Shown one piece after another: positions 22,567-35,458 of a DNA stretch of 64,000 nucleotides; position 1 is the first letter of the stretch; each line of letters opens with the position of its first letter. The notes under the pieces are model-generated. The model did not search any database. It was not told the origin of the DNA and saw nothing but the letters and a program-made list of their open reading frames with translations. Both the position numbers and the translations under genes were made by a program. This DNA comes from Mobula hypostoma (Eukaryota): contig NC_086097.1 of NCBI RefSeq assembly GCF_963921235.1, forward strand, positions 156,242,001-156,306,000, written 5' to 3'.

Positions 22567-25345
22567 GTGATAGAGAAGGGACGCACTCAGACCAAAGGTT
22601 TGAGATGCGTCTATTTTAACGCAAGGAGTGTTGTGAACAAAGCAGATGCGCTTAGAGCGTGGACCAGTACTTGGAGATGTGATGTAGTGGCCATAACAGA
22701 GACTTGGAAGGCTCAGGGACAGGAATGGTTACTTCAAGTGTCAGGTTTTAGATGTTTCAGAAAGGACAGGGAGGGAGGCAAAAGAGGTGGGGGCGTGGCA
22801 CTGTTGATCAGAGATAGTGTCACAACTGCAGAAAAGGTGGACACCATGGAGGGATTGTCTACGGAGTTTCTGTGGGTGAGGGTTAGGAACAAGAAGGGGA
22901 CAATAACTTTACTGGGTGTTTTTTATAGGCCGCCTAATAGTAACAGGGATATCGAGGAGCAGATAAGGAAACAGATCCTGGAAAGGTGTAATAATAGAGT
23001 TGTCGTGATGGGAGATTTTAATTTCCGAAATATAGATTGGCATCTCCCTAGAGCAAGGGTTTTAGATGGGGTGGAGATTGTTGTGTGAGTTCGGGAAGGT
23101 TTCTTGACGCAATATGTAGATAAGCCTACAAGAGGAGAGGCTATACTTGATTTGGTGTTGGGAAAGGAACTTGGTCAGGTGTCAGATCTCTCAGTGGGAG
23201 GGCATTTTGGAGATGATCATAATTCTATCTCCTTTACAATAGCATTAGAGAGAGATAGGAACAGAAGTTAGAAAAGCGTTTAATTGGAGTAAGGGGAATT
23301 ATGAGGCTATTGGGCAGGAAATTGGAGGCTTAATTTGGAAACAGATGTTCTCAGGGAAATGTATGGAAGAAATGTGGCAAATATTTAGGGGATATTTGTG
23401 TGGCGTTCTGCATAGGTACGTTCCAATGAGACAGGGAAGTTATGGTAGGGTACAGGAACCGTGGTGTATAAAGACTGAAATAAATCTAGTCAAGAAGAAA
23501 ACAAAAGCTTGCAAAAGGTTCAGAGAGCTAGGTAATGTTAGAGATCTAGAAGATTAAAAGGCTAATAGGAAGGAGCTTAAGGAGGAAATTAGGAGAGCCA
23601 GAAGGGGACATGAGAAGGCCTTGGTGGGCAGGATTAAGGAAAACCACAAGGTATTCTACATGTATGTGAAGAGCAAGAGGATAAGATGTGAAAGAACAGG
23701 ACCTATCAAGTGTGACAGTGAGAAAGTGTGTATGGAGCCAGAGGAAAGAGCGGAGGTACTTAATGAATATTTCAGTATTCACTATGGAAAAGGATCTTGG
23801 TGATTGTAGCGATGACTTGCAGCAGACTGAAAAGCTTGAGCATGTAGATATTAAGAAAGAGGATGCGCTGGAGCTTTTGGAAAACATCAAGTTGGATAAG
23901 TCACTGGGACCGGATGAGATGTACCCCAGGCTGCTGTGAGAGGTGAGGGAGGAGATTGTTGGGCCTCTGGCATTGATCTTTGGGGGACAGGAGAGGTTCC
24001 GGAGGATTGGAGGATTGTGGATATTCAAGAAAGGGAGTAGAGATAGCCCAGGAAGTTGTAGACCAGTGAGTCTTACCTCAGTGGTTGGTAAGTTGATGGA
24101 GAAGATCCTGAGAGGCAGGATTTATGAACATTTGGAGAGGCATAATATGATTAGGAATAGTCAGCATGGCTTTGTCAAAGGCAGGTCATGCCTTACGAGC
24201 CTGATTGAATTTTTTGAGGATGTGACTGAACACATGGATGAAGGAAGCGCAATAGATGTAGTGAATATGGATTTCAGCAAGGCATTTGATAAAGTACCCA
24301 GTGCAAGGCTTATTGAGAAAGTAAGGAGGCATGGGATCCAATGGGACATTGCTTTGTGGATCCAGAACTGGCTTGCCCACAGAAGGCAAAGAGTGGTTGT
24401 AGATGGGTCATACTTTGCATGGAGGTCGGTGACCAGTGGTGTGCCTCAGGGATCTGTTCTGGGACCCTTACTCTTCATGATTTTTATAAATGACCTGGAT
24501 GAGGAAGTGGAGGGGATGGGTTAGTAAGTTTGCTGATGACACAAAGTTTGGAGGTGTTGTGGATAGTGTGGAGGGCTGTCGGAGGTTACAGCAGATCATT
24601 GATAGGATGTAAAACTGGGCTGAGAAGTGGCAGATGGTGTTCAACCCAGATAAGTGTGAAATGGTTCATTTTGGGAGGTCAAATATGATGGCAGAATATA
24701 GTATTAATGGTAAGACTCTTGGCAGTGTAGAGGATCAGAGGGATCTTGGGGTCCAAGTCCATAGGACACTCAAAGCAGCTGCACATGTTGACTCTGTGGT
24801 TAATAAGGCATACAGTGTTGAGCTTCATCAACCGTGGAATTGAATTTAGGAGCTGACATGTAATGTTGCAGCTGTATAGGACCTTGGTCAGACCCCACTT
24901 GGAGTACTGTGCTCAGTTCTGGTCGCCTCACTACAGGAAGGATGTGGAAGCCATAGAAGGGTGCAAAGGAGATTTACAAGGATGGTGCCTGGATTGGGAG
25001 CATGCCTTATGAGAATAGGTTGAGTGAACTTGGCCTTTTCTCCTTGGAGCGATGGAGGATGAGAGGTGACCTGATAGAGGTGTATAAGATGATGAGAGGC
25101 ATTGATCGTGTGGATAGTCAGAGGCTTTTTCCCCGGGGTGAAATGGTTGCCGCAAGAGGACACAGGTTTAAGGTGCTGGGGAGTAGGTACAGAGGAGATG
25201 TCAGGGATAAAGTGTTTTTTTTTTACTCAGAGTGGTGAGTGCGTGGAATGGGCTGCCCACAACAGTGGTGGAGGCGGGTACGATAGGGTCTTTTAAGAGA
25301 CTTTTAGATGCATACATAGAGCCTATTAATATAGAGGGCTATAGG
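22567..25345 (+). pseudogene. CR1 ORF2 (AP endonuclease and reverse transcriptase), stops and frameshifts
   Basis: YFNARSVVNK, VAITETW, MGDFN (APE); [32 protein letters not shown] (RT). Confidence 0.92.
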
Positions 25346-25589
25346 TAAACCTAGTAATTTCTAAGGTAAGGACATGTTTGGTACAATTCTGTGGGCCGAA
25401 GGGCCTGTATTGTGCTGTAGGGTTTCTATGTTTCTAAGTCAGAGTGGCTCGAGGGAGAGATACAGTCAAAGCTTCAGGTCATGGCGCTTTTAATTTGCAG
25501 ATAGCAAGAAGTGTTGCAGAGAATGGAGAGAAATTCTGTACTAAGAGTGCAGACAAAGATGTTAAGGTCAAAAAGAGGCCAAAAAAGTC

Positions 25590-25690
25590 CAGGTCAGATG
25601 AAAGGTCTTGACCCAAAGCATCAACAGTCTTTTTCCCTCCGCAGATAATGCGTGACCATCTGAATTCCTCCAGCATTTTCTTTGTCGCAA
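25590..25690 (+). repeat. Degenerate Penelope 3'-repeat copy
   Basis: CAGATGAAAGGTCTTGACCCAAAGCATCAAC...TTCCTCCAGCATTTT resembles 11221-11330. Confidence 0.55.
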
Positions 25691-25904
25691 ACAAGGGTCA
25701 GAGTTGGAGTAGGACATAACATTTAAAGCAACAGACAAATGGAAGCTCAAAGTCACTTCTGCAGACTGTACAGAAATGTTCTGCAAAGTAGTCACTCCTT
25801 CTCTGTTTAGTTTTTCCAGTGTGAAGAGACTATATTGTAAGCACCAAGATGAAAAGTGTTTTGCTACATAGCTGTACATAGAACTGCTTCCTTACAGCAG
25901 CACA

Positions 25905-25985
25905 TGAAATGCTGGAGGAAAACTGGCCAGGCAGAATCTATAGTTGACGTTTTGGGCTGAGACCCTTCATCAGGACTGAAGAAAA
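25905..25985 (-). repeat. Penelope 3'-repeat copy with hammerhead motif (25942-25977, G12->A)
   Basis: Reverse complement AGTC-CTGATGA-AGGGTCTCAGCCC-AAAA-CG-TC-AACT. Confidence 0.75.
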
Positions 25986-26509
25986 AAAGATGGAAGTCAG
26001 AGGCAGGTGTGGGGGAAGGGAGGAAGGGCAGCAAAGATCACAGAGCAGAGCAATGAGAGGGGGTTTCACTGAACATCTGCCGAAGGTAAGATTTAAACTT
26101 CTTCAGTATAGGCATCTCTGGAACAGACTTCAGTGTAGTAGTCCAATCACATCCAAGAGAAAATCTGCAGCTACTGGAAATCCAAGCACTGCTCAGTTTC
26201 AGTTACCCCATTTCAATCCTGACCTCCATTTTCTAACTTTGACCATGTGGATTTCTTCCAGGAGCTCCAGTTTTCTACAAAAAATGTGGAGGTTGGTAAG
26301 TTATTTGCCCCTGGGTGATTGATAGAATCTGAAGAAATTGGAGGTAATATGCAGAGAGTAAAATAGGATGAGTATAAATGAGTGCTTGGTGATATGTACT
26401 GTACTAACTAGGATGAAGGGCTTGTTTCTGTGCTGTATGAATCTGAGATTTATATAGGGGCTTAGTGAGACCTTACTTGGATTCTTTGATATAACTTTGA
26501 TTAACCTTG

Positions 26510-26945
26510 CATGGTTTCTACTTTGACCATCTGAAAACTATTTCGGACTTGGAGAATCTCCACGAAGATACAAGACGATGAGGCACAATGTTCTGACAAA
26601 ATGGCTACAAAGTGAAGGAAATCAATTGGGCCCTTAAAAGGACCAATGGAAAAACCAAGAAACCTAACAACAAGGAGAACCCCTATTTCCAGTGTTTCTG
26701 GAAGGACCACCTGGATCCTGAAGAAATACCAGATTAATACCATCCACAAACCCGTAAAGAAGTTCAAATCAGAGTTTGTGGGTCAAAGATAACCTGAGAT
26801 TCAGAACGGCTGGCATTTACAGATTCCCTGTGAATGTGGATCAGCATATATCGGCCAGATGGGATGCATGGTGGAAACCCGCATCACGGAGCACGGGAGG
26901 TATATCGGTTTGGGTTAATCGGAGAAATCAATGGTAGCCAATGCA
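26510..26945 (+). mobile_element. Penelope-like element of a second family, GIY-YIG fragment
   Basis: GIYR./PCECGSAYIGQMG.MVETRITEH (one frameshift) preceded by ILKKYQINTIHKP. Confidence 0.75.
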
Positions 26946-27860
26946 ACAAATGTGATTAGTGAGGCAGAGGCTGCAGCCAGTTGAGCTGAGTATGAAACAA
27001 AAATTCTGTCCTCACTGATAGACCAAACAGTAACGAGTTTGCAAATATGTTGTGTATTTCAAAATGAGATAGAATCAAAATTATAGCTTTGTTAACCTCT
27101 TGCAGCATTTTCTGCAAATAAAAGAATTACACGGAATGCTTTATACTCTCATCTCCATTGTCAAGAAGACTAATTTTCTTTATTTAAGATTTAAGAGTAT
27201 TCTTCATCTATTAGTAGAAGCATGGCTGTATTTCAGGATTTAAAAAAAACACTAAATTTCATCATCCTGCCATTGAGATAATGCACTCTGGAGGCTGAGA
27301 TTGGGTTTATGTCTCACTGCAAGGTTAAAAGTTCTGAAATTAATTCTTCAAATAGGAGGTTGAAGCACTGGAGATGCTTCAGCCTGTGCATTCTAATTCT
27401 GAGCACAATCGGAGTGGCTGTATTATTGATAGGGCAAGTGGTTTGCTTGGGGCAGTGCATATACCATCTGAGAATTATTGTTGGTGCCCACCTGCCCAAG
27501 CCTTTTGGCTGTTTGTTGTGGGGTGCGGGGAGTAAAGAGACCATCTTGTCACAAGGCAGGTGCAAGGTGAAGTTGAGGTGAGGTTGAGGCATATTTGAGG
27601 CATAGCTGAGGTGAGTGGAATGGAGCAAAGTTGGAGTAGAGGAGAGGTAGATTAGAGGCCCAACACCTAAACGACGAATGAGGTTTGATTGATCTAAATG
27701 CCAGTCCAATTTGGAAAGATTGGGTACGGGCTGAAATATGGCAGTGGGGTTCAGGCTCAGAGCGTATCAGTACAACATGGTCTGGGTCTTATCGTAAGAA
27801 ATGACCCAGGTCTTGGAGCAAGGAATGCCCCGATGTTTGGAAAATTTATACACCAGGCCA

Positions 27861-28054
27861 CACACACAAAAAAAATGCTAGTGAACGCAGCAGGCCAGGC
27901 AGCATCTACAGGAAGAGGCACAGTCGACGTTTTGGGCTGAGACCCTTCATCAGGACTAACTGAAAGAAGAGGTAGTAAGCTCTATCTCTTACTACCTCTT
28001 CTTTCAGTTAGTCCTGACCAGCATCTGCAGATTTCCTCGTGTTTGTGTTTTTAA
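27861..28054. mobile_element. Short fold-back Penelope 3'-repeat insertion
   Basis: TSD ACACCAGGCCA at 27850-27860 and 28055-28065; 30-bp inverted arms 27950-27979 / 27988-28017; minus-strand hammerhead motif 27922-27957. Confidence 0.85.
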
Positions 28055-30499
28055 ACACCAGGCCAGATGGATTGAAAAGGCAGGGTGTCGTGTCCCAAGG
28101 TGATGGTCGGGCAGGTTTTGCCCGCTACTCAGCAATGTCTGACCTGCTCTGGCTGCTCCAGGCTCTGTGATGTTTACTCTGCTATAGCCTGATCCAGCTG
28201 CTCCAGGCTTCATGTCTGAGAACTCACTTTCATTCTAAAACTAGTTGTTTACTTGGGTTGTTCACACAATTTGTTTTTTTTTTTGTCTCTCTGCACATTG
28301 GGTGTTTGTCAGTCTTTTTTAAATGAGTTATTTTGGGTTTCTTTGTTTTGTGGCTGCCTGTAAGGAGATGAATCTCAGAATTGTATAATGTATACATGTT
28401 TTGATAATGTACTTTGAACTTTGAAAGCAAAGCTGAACAAAACCCTAGCTTTATCAGTTCAGCTATCAAATCCTAATCATAATTCTCCTTTGCCTTAGGA
28501 ATTAATTGCATTGCTGGGATAGGCAAGACAAAAAGGTTTTTTTTGTCATATGCAGTAGGAACACTAGGTGCACGGAGGAATATAGTGCTGACAACTGTCC
28601 CGTGCATTTGTAGAGGGGGTATACCCAAGAAGAGCGAATATTTTGGAAAGTAAATGAAATGCAGATATCATCAGTTTGACATTAGTAAGCAATGGATCTG
28701 TCCTCTGGAGAAAAGGAAAGCACATTGGACAGGTGAAAACTGGATTTTGCATTATACTGAACCAGACAGGAATCAATGGCACATTCATTTAGAGTTGACT
28801 GCATTCAGTATGTGCAGTGAATGAAGAAGGTAAAAGAAAAGTCATCAACTATAAATATCTCCTCCTTCCACAGATGCTGCCTTAACCTTCTGTACTCAAG
28901 ATCTTTTAAATTTTATTTCAAAGTAAAACAAATGATTCACAAGCAAGTAAAGCTAAAAATTGCCGCCTTTGGTAACTTTCATAATGATGACTGCATATTT
29001 TTTGACAGGCATTTCAAGGTACAAATGATAGTGGTGCAATCTTGTCTTTAATCATTGCTTTTTAACAAGAATCATTAATGTGAATAACATCCATTTTTCA
29101 ACAGTTTCAACCTGGAAGGAATGCGTTGAATAATAGTTTACACGCTCATTAGTGAGCTCTCACCGATTACTTCAGTTTCTCCTGGCTTTCGATTAGTCAC
29201 ATGGTAGCTTGGTAATGATAGTCAGCTGTACTTTATTTCAACTTGGTCTTATCATAAAACATTAATATCAATTCTTTGAAGAGCTTGTGACCCATTCTTA
29301 GAGTGGATAGTTCATTTGAAATTCAATTGTCATCTTATTTTGTAAATGACACCAAATGCCGAACGTGCTGACTTCTCTGCTGTGGGCACTTGACAAGGAT
29401 GAATGTTCCTGAAAATGTTTTCCCTGCTTCTCTACTGGTGCAAGGGGAGAAACTTACTTTTGGTCATTAGCAGTAAATGAGTGAGTATTCTGTGTAGAAA
29501 TAGATACTGCTTGCCAACTATACTCGTCTTTCTATATTCTTACAAGAGAAGACGGGCTGTATTCTTGAAAGGGAAATGCACTGTGCTTTTAAATCAGATA
29601 AAATAATGTAACGGAGCAGTAACAGAGCATGTGACTACTATAAAAACCATTAACACACTTGTGGTTAAGTAAAAGCAGAAGATGCTGGAAATACTCACCA
29701 GGTCAAGAGGCATCTGTGGAAAGAGATAGAGTTACAGCCTTTGTCAGAACTGCAAGTTAGTTTTAAGTTTCAGAAAATGTTGGGAAGAGATTTATTAGAA
29801 AAGAGAAATATCGCTGATAGACAAAGGTTTGGGGTGGGAAGCATGGAGATGTGTTCACAGAGCCAATGTTTGTTTGATTGAGTATATGACTGGTGTGCAG
29901 CTGCATAATGAGTGAATTTCATCCCCCACTCTCCCCATCTTAAACAAGTTTTAGGGTTCTGTTTAGTATGCTGATTATTATATATACGTGGGCCGTTTTC
30001 TGCATACCACATTCATGATTTTATCCTTGATGCTCCACACTTGACCCCTTTCTTTCTCTCACTTTCAGCAACTTTTCAGAAAGCTATTTAAAGGTATCAA
30101 ATCAGGTTCCACATTTGCTTTGACAAGCTGGTGATGTGAATTTCTACCTCACTACCACCTTCCTTGACATTACCCTGTCTGAAGCTTCCTGCCCTTAAAT
30201 ACTGAAGTTCTTGTCTTCATTCTCTGTCATGAACTGTTTCCTTCTAGCTTTCACTGGAATTCAAACCAGGCATCTCACTGTCTAGGTGCCTTTTGGACCT
30301 TGAGATGATGTACTTATTCAATCTGTCAATTTATTTTATCACTGATTATGGACTCTGGTAGCATTGGATATCAGGCCTGTATCCCATTGATATCTCCCAG
30401 TCTGCACAACCTTGTTCATCCTACAGTTTAATAATGGTTGGCAGACCAACATAAGGTGCATTACTACCACCTGCTGAGATGGACTGTGGAGCAAAGAGA

Positions 30500-33120
30500 C
30501 AGTAAGTATACCCTCTAATTCCTCCCCCCCCACCCCTCCCCCACTTCTCATAAAGTCACGTATGCACTTAGGATATCACTGCCATCGTAACAAAATTTAA
30601 ACTACGTCCGTCCCAAAGATCTCAATTGAGAAATTAGATGTTTCCTTTGCACCTCATAGGAACTGCGTGCAAATATATATGCTGCACCCCCTATAAATAC
30701 CTGTACCATGCTTATTAATTCTGAACAACAAATTATTCCACCTAGTATGTCCTATCCATAAACATGTAAGTATAACTTTTCTGTCCTTTTATACCTATTT
30801 CACAGATGAGTTCCCACTGTCCTGAGTTTTATATAAATCTGTCCTTTTTTTTCCCAACATAGTTGCCACAGCGATCAAATAGACCTTTTAATTACAATTT
30901 TCATCTCCCCTTTATGAAAATACACCACTACATTTACATCCTTGATTTTAAGTGATTGCTTGGCTAGAATATCTGCCACCCCATTTCCTTCAATCCCAAC
31001 CATGGGCCAGGACACATAAGAAATAGATACACAAGCTTAGACCTGCAGACTCAGCAGATGTTGTCCAATCTCAAGAAAAATATCTGGTCTATATCTTGAA
31101 ATACTTGTTTCAATAGATATCAAAACTGAGGATGAATCAGAGCCCAGAACTCAAAATCAAGGCGTACTTCTTCCACTTATTCCAAGTGATAGCAACCATC
31201 TCAGACATGAATACTGATACTTTGTCTGATAATCTTTCCTCAATAGTCATCTGAAACTTTGAACTTAAACAGAAACACCTGAATGACCCATCACTGGATC
31301 TTGTGAAACATCTTTATTTTATGTAAGAAGCCATAATATCTGCCTTGTATATAGTACTGATCTACAGTGCCTGTGCCATTGATATACAATCCTCCTTCTT
31401 GATGTTTTCTTGTAGGCTTAAATCAACCAAAGACAAAGGAAAAAACCATAGAGCAGTGATAGAATAGACTACATTGAGACCATGTCTGCATTAAACAACC
31501 CAAGATTTTATGCTTATTCATTTCCCATTCACCCAAAACTGAAGATTAATAAATTCAATGTTCCCAACACTCTACTAATGTTGAAAATATTGGATGACCA
31601 ACTTTGTCCTCTTATTGGTCAATCTAATAAACCATTTCTAAACTTACAGTGCATACATGTAAAGGTATATCAATCATTTCTACCAGTCATGCTGAAATTG
31701 GGATGATTTAGTAGCACCAAACATAATCTTATTGTTTGAACTTGAACTTTATCTAGGGGCTTAATGATCACTGGTGAAGCTGATCCATCAGCAATACATC
31801 CATAATCAAAAACAGCTGTGACTGAAGTAATAAACAATTGTTTAAATGACCTCCTACTCACATCTCAATCACACCCAACAAAACACATGAGCACATTTAG
31901 GAACGCAAACACGAGGAAATCTGCAGATGCTGGAATTTCAAGCAACACACATTTAGGGCTTTTTTTTTTACAATTCTTTAGAATTGTATTCACGTACACC
32001 TTCCATGTTAGCCTTGTATCTATCTACATACTGTACCTTGATCACTTACCACTGACTCATGTTCAAGAGATTTGCCATAGAACTTGAGATCAATTGTGGG
32101 TGTAATATTCCTTTTCGAAAACAAACTTAAGCCTTTGCAATAGAAAAGTTAAATGCCCATCAATATCCCCTTTCCTCTACTTCATTAATTGCCGCCTGCA
32201 TTTTCCTAACCATAAAATTTAAATTCCTGCCTCTCTTCTACTCTGCACCATCAACAGCATACAATGATTTCAAAATGTGAGTCAACATTTAAGCAAGTAT
32301 CATTTATAATAATTTTTAAAAAGGAGTGGGATACACACACTCCTCTGTGGAGTTACATTCTCTATCTCATACTCTTTAAGAAATGTTGTTGCCACCTTAA
32401 TTTGTATCTTCCTATCACATAAAAAATCTTGAATCCGTTTGAACATTCTACCATCTGTTTCCTCCTTTTCAAGTTTAAACAGCAACCCTTATGTCCAAAA
32501 CATATCATAATAAACTTTCTCTACCTCAGAGAAAACTGCTACCACTGATTCTTTATTAACCTGGCCTTATGAATTTCAGATTTCAAACTTAACATCAAGT
32601 CCATGGTCATTCTCCCTTTGCAAAATCCAGATCAGTATACATTTTCCACTACTTTCTACAAAATATGAAAGCATTGCTATAACAATCAATCCCATTATCT
32701 TACATACATGTGAAGATAACAGTGTAGGTCTGTAACTGGAAGGATGTGATTGATCCTTACCAGGTTTCAATATAGGGAAAAAAATGCTAATTTCCAGGAA
32801 AGAGGAAGTCACCCTTCAACCCGTTTGTATTAAAAAAAATTCCAGAACAAGTACAAGTTTGAATCTGATAAATGTGTAAAAGATACTATAGCAAATATCA
32901 TCTTTCCTTGGTGATGTTTGACCAGCACATATTAATACCCTTTTAAGTTCAAACAATTTACATTCCACATCTAAGTAGGAACTGGCATATCTTTTTTACT
33001 CAACAATCTGAGGATTGCCTCTGAAAATTGCTTCTCATTAAGACCTTTTTTTACTTAAATTGGCCAAACTATGTACACTGACATATGTTTTTGCTATAAT
33101 TTTTTTTCTCCCCAGTCAGT
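30500..33120 (-). mobile_element. I/Nimb-like LINE remnant with RT and RNase H
   Basis: PILKPGKDQSHPSSYRPTLLSSHVCKIM; IQDFLCDRKIQIKV...TPQRSV..PLLF; VGIEGNGVADILAK (RNase H) at about 30960-31000. Confidence 0.8.
31902..31947 (-). mobile_element. 46-bp Penelope terminal-tail insertion
   Basis: AACGCAAACACGAGGAAATCTGCAGATGCTGGAATTTCAAGCAACA flanked by TSD CACATTTAGG (31892-31901, 31948-31957). Confidence 0.8.
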
Positions 33121-33189
33121 AACTCAAACGTTCTCCCCACCCTACAAAGGCAGTAATGTATCAAGTTTGTCCATTCATCCCTCCCCACC

Positions 33190-33425
33190 AAGCTCCTACC
33201 AGGAACTTATTCCTGCAAGCGGCCTAACTGCTACACCTGCCTGTACCCTTCCTCCCTCACCACCAGTCAAGGCCCCAGGCAGTACTTCCAGGTGAGGCAA
33301 CACCTCACTTGTGAATCTGCTGGGGTCGTCTGTTGTGTCTGGTAGTCCCAATGTGACTTCCTCTACATTTGAGACCTACTGTAAATTAGAGGACCGCTTT
33401 GTCGAGCAGCTCAGCACCATCTGCC
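33190..33425 (+). mobile_element. Penelope GIY-YIG fragment
   Basis: TTCCAGGTGAGGCAACACCTCACTTGTGAATCTGCTGGGGTC matches 10591-10631. Confidence 0.8.
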
Positions 33426-33559
33426 ATCACGCTACTGCCTCACAGACCACACGACAGATCAACCTATTTCCAGGCACCACCCCTCCCTGAGGCCATCTGT
33501 TCTCCCTAGACCCAAGCCATCAATGATTACATAGCAGAAACACTAGCACAGATTCATCT

Positions 33560-35458
33560 ACCCATCCCAGAGCCCAGCGGATACAGGATTCTTCTCCATC
33601 AAAAAGACACACCCTTGTGCTGCCTTCTCATGCAAGTTCAACCCTAAACAGTGTTGTTATAGAGCAGGAGACAAGGAGCTACTTGCTTTTAAATGGACCT
33701 TAGAGGAATAGTGACATTGGCTGTTGGGATACACCAAACCCTTCCTGATCTGAAATGACCAGTAGAACATTATATCTATAAAACAGATTCCTCAACTCAA
33801 TCCATGTCTGGCCTGTTGGACCCTCACATTTGGCAGGTCAACTTTACCATCTCCTAAAGAACTGATTCTAAGAACACAAAGGCTGATGCACAACAGTTTC
33901 GCTAATTGAAACAGATCAAATTGCAGCCCATTTCATCCTCTCAAATCCCCGCCCCAATCATCTGGGACCTTGAGAACTAGATCCACCAGGCCCCTCAACA
34001 CAGGCTGGCTCCAGCTGACTCCCCAGGCAACTGCATGCAAGTGCTGGTGGACATGTGCTCTGAGGCACTCCAGAGGGCCCACAATAGACTTAAAATTGCT
34101 CCAAAGCTAGTTCTGGTGGTCCTCCATGATCACAAATGTTTGACACTGCCTGTTCTCCATGTCCCTGGTCAAATTCCTCCAACCAGCAGACTTCTAGACT
34201 TCCACAGGTACTATCATTCCCTTAGTGCCTGTGGTCCTACATTACCATGGATTTTACTGCTGGACTGGTTCTCCTAGGTAGTCCACTTCATTGCCTTTCC
34301 CAAGCTTCTGTCAGCCATTGAGATGGCGGACCTGGTTTTCCAACATGTAGTTTGCCTCCATGGCTTCCCTTGGGACAATGTGTCAGGGTGCGGTCCACAG
34401 TTCGTCTCTCACTTCTGCCAAGGCTTTTGCTCCCTCCTCTGCCTCTCACTGAGTTAGCCTTCTGGCTGACATCCGCAGTCAGAAAGAGCTAATGGAGATG
34501 TTTCTGTGATGCTCTGCCATTGCTAATCCTTACACATGGTAGAAGTATCTGCTCTGGGCTGTGCTGACCTGCAATCTGTACATCTCCTCTGCCGTGGATA
34601 TAACATGCTTTGGAGCGCTTTATCGCTACCGACCCCATTGTTCCCCACAGAGGAGTCCACAGTAGAGGTCCTGTCTGTCAAAGCCCTGGTTCATAGCTGC
34701 AAGAACGCTTGGAGGAGGGCACAGAGGGCTATTCTAGCTGCCAACTGCATCTACTCTCGCTGGGAGAATGTGTCTGATTGTTCCTTCACTGGTCCCTTCA
34801 AGATCATCCATCACATCAGTCCACTCACTTTCCATATCCAGCCTCCATGGTCCCTCAGGATCACACCTACCCTCCACATGCCCTGCCTCAAGCCCATATT
34901 CTATGGACCACTTAGCTCACCTAAGCCTACACCTCTAGAACCTAGGATGGTTGAAGATTGCCCAGTGCTGATGGCTTCACATGGCCACGGACAGAGTGTT
35001 CAGTACCTTGTCAATGGGGAGGGGAGGTCTTGGTGCCATACAGTTGTATCTTGGAGCCATCATTCATCAGTGAATTCCACCAGACATCTCTAGATCATCC
35101 TGTGCCATTGCAGGGTAGTCCTCTCAGGTCTGCCCCCACTGATACCTCCTCCCCTCTGTCTCCACCCAGCTAATAGAATTCACCTGTTGCTTTTTCCAGC
35201 ATCATCACCTGCAGCCTATTGAACACCTGTTCTCAGCCAGAGTCCTCCTTCACTCATTGAACAAGCCAGCCTCAACCAGTTGCTCTCTTTCCCTGCCTAA
35301 AGATGACCTTGTTGCCTGTTGTGTTTAGTTTCTGTTCTCTGTTGTCTGTGGCCCCATGTGGTTTGTTATTTTGCAGTCTATTATTAAAGTTATCATCTAC
35401 TGCTAAATTGCCTCTGCTGTTTTGCTTTTGGGTCAAGCCTCCTCTTCATTTCCTGACA
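33560..35458 (+). mobile_element. Gypsy (chromovirus-like) LTR retrotransposon 3' remnant: RNase H, integrase, chromodomain, 3' LTR
   Basis: VHFIAFPKLLSAIEMADLVFQHVVCLHGFP..VSGCGPQFVSHF (integrase core), FTGPFKII (GPF/Y motif), VQYLVNGEG (chromodomain-like), ATTAAA and terminal CCTGACA. Confidence 0.8.

Larger units (their letters stand above)
21822..25437 (+). mobile_element. Near full-length CR1 LINE (ORF1 C-terminal part, complete but disrupted ORF2, tail)
   Basis: Esterase ORF1, APE and RT domains in order; ends GGGCCGAAGGGCCTGTATTGTGCTGTAGGGTTTCTATGTTTCTA. Confidence 0.95.

Noticed and set aside
27309..27940. ORFs 27309-27581, 27314-27709 and 27698-27940
   Set aside because: No recognisable domains; the last runs into Penelope repeat sequence
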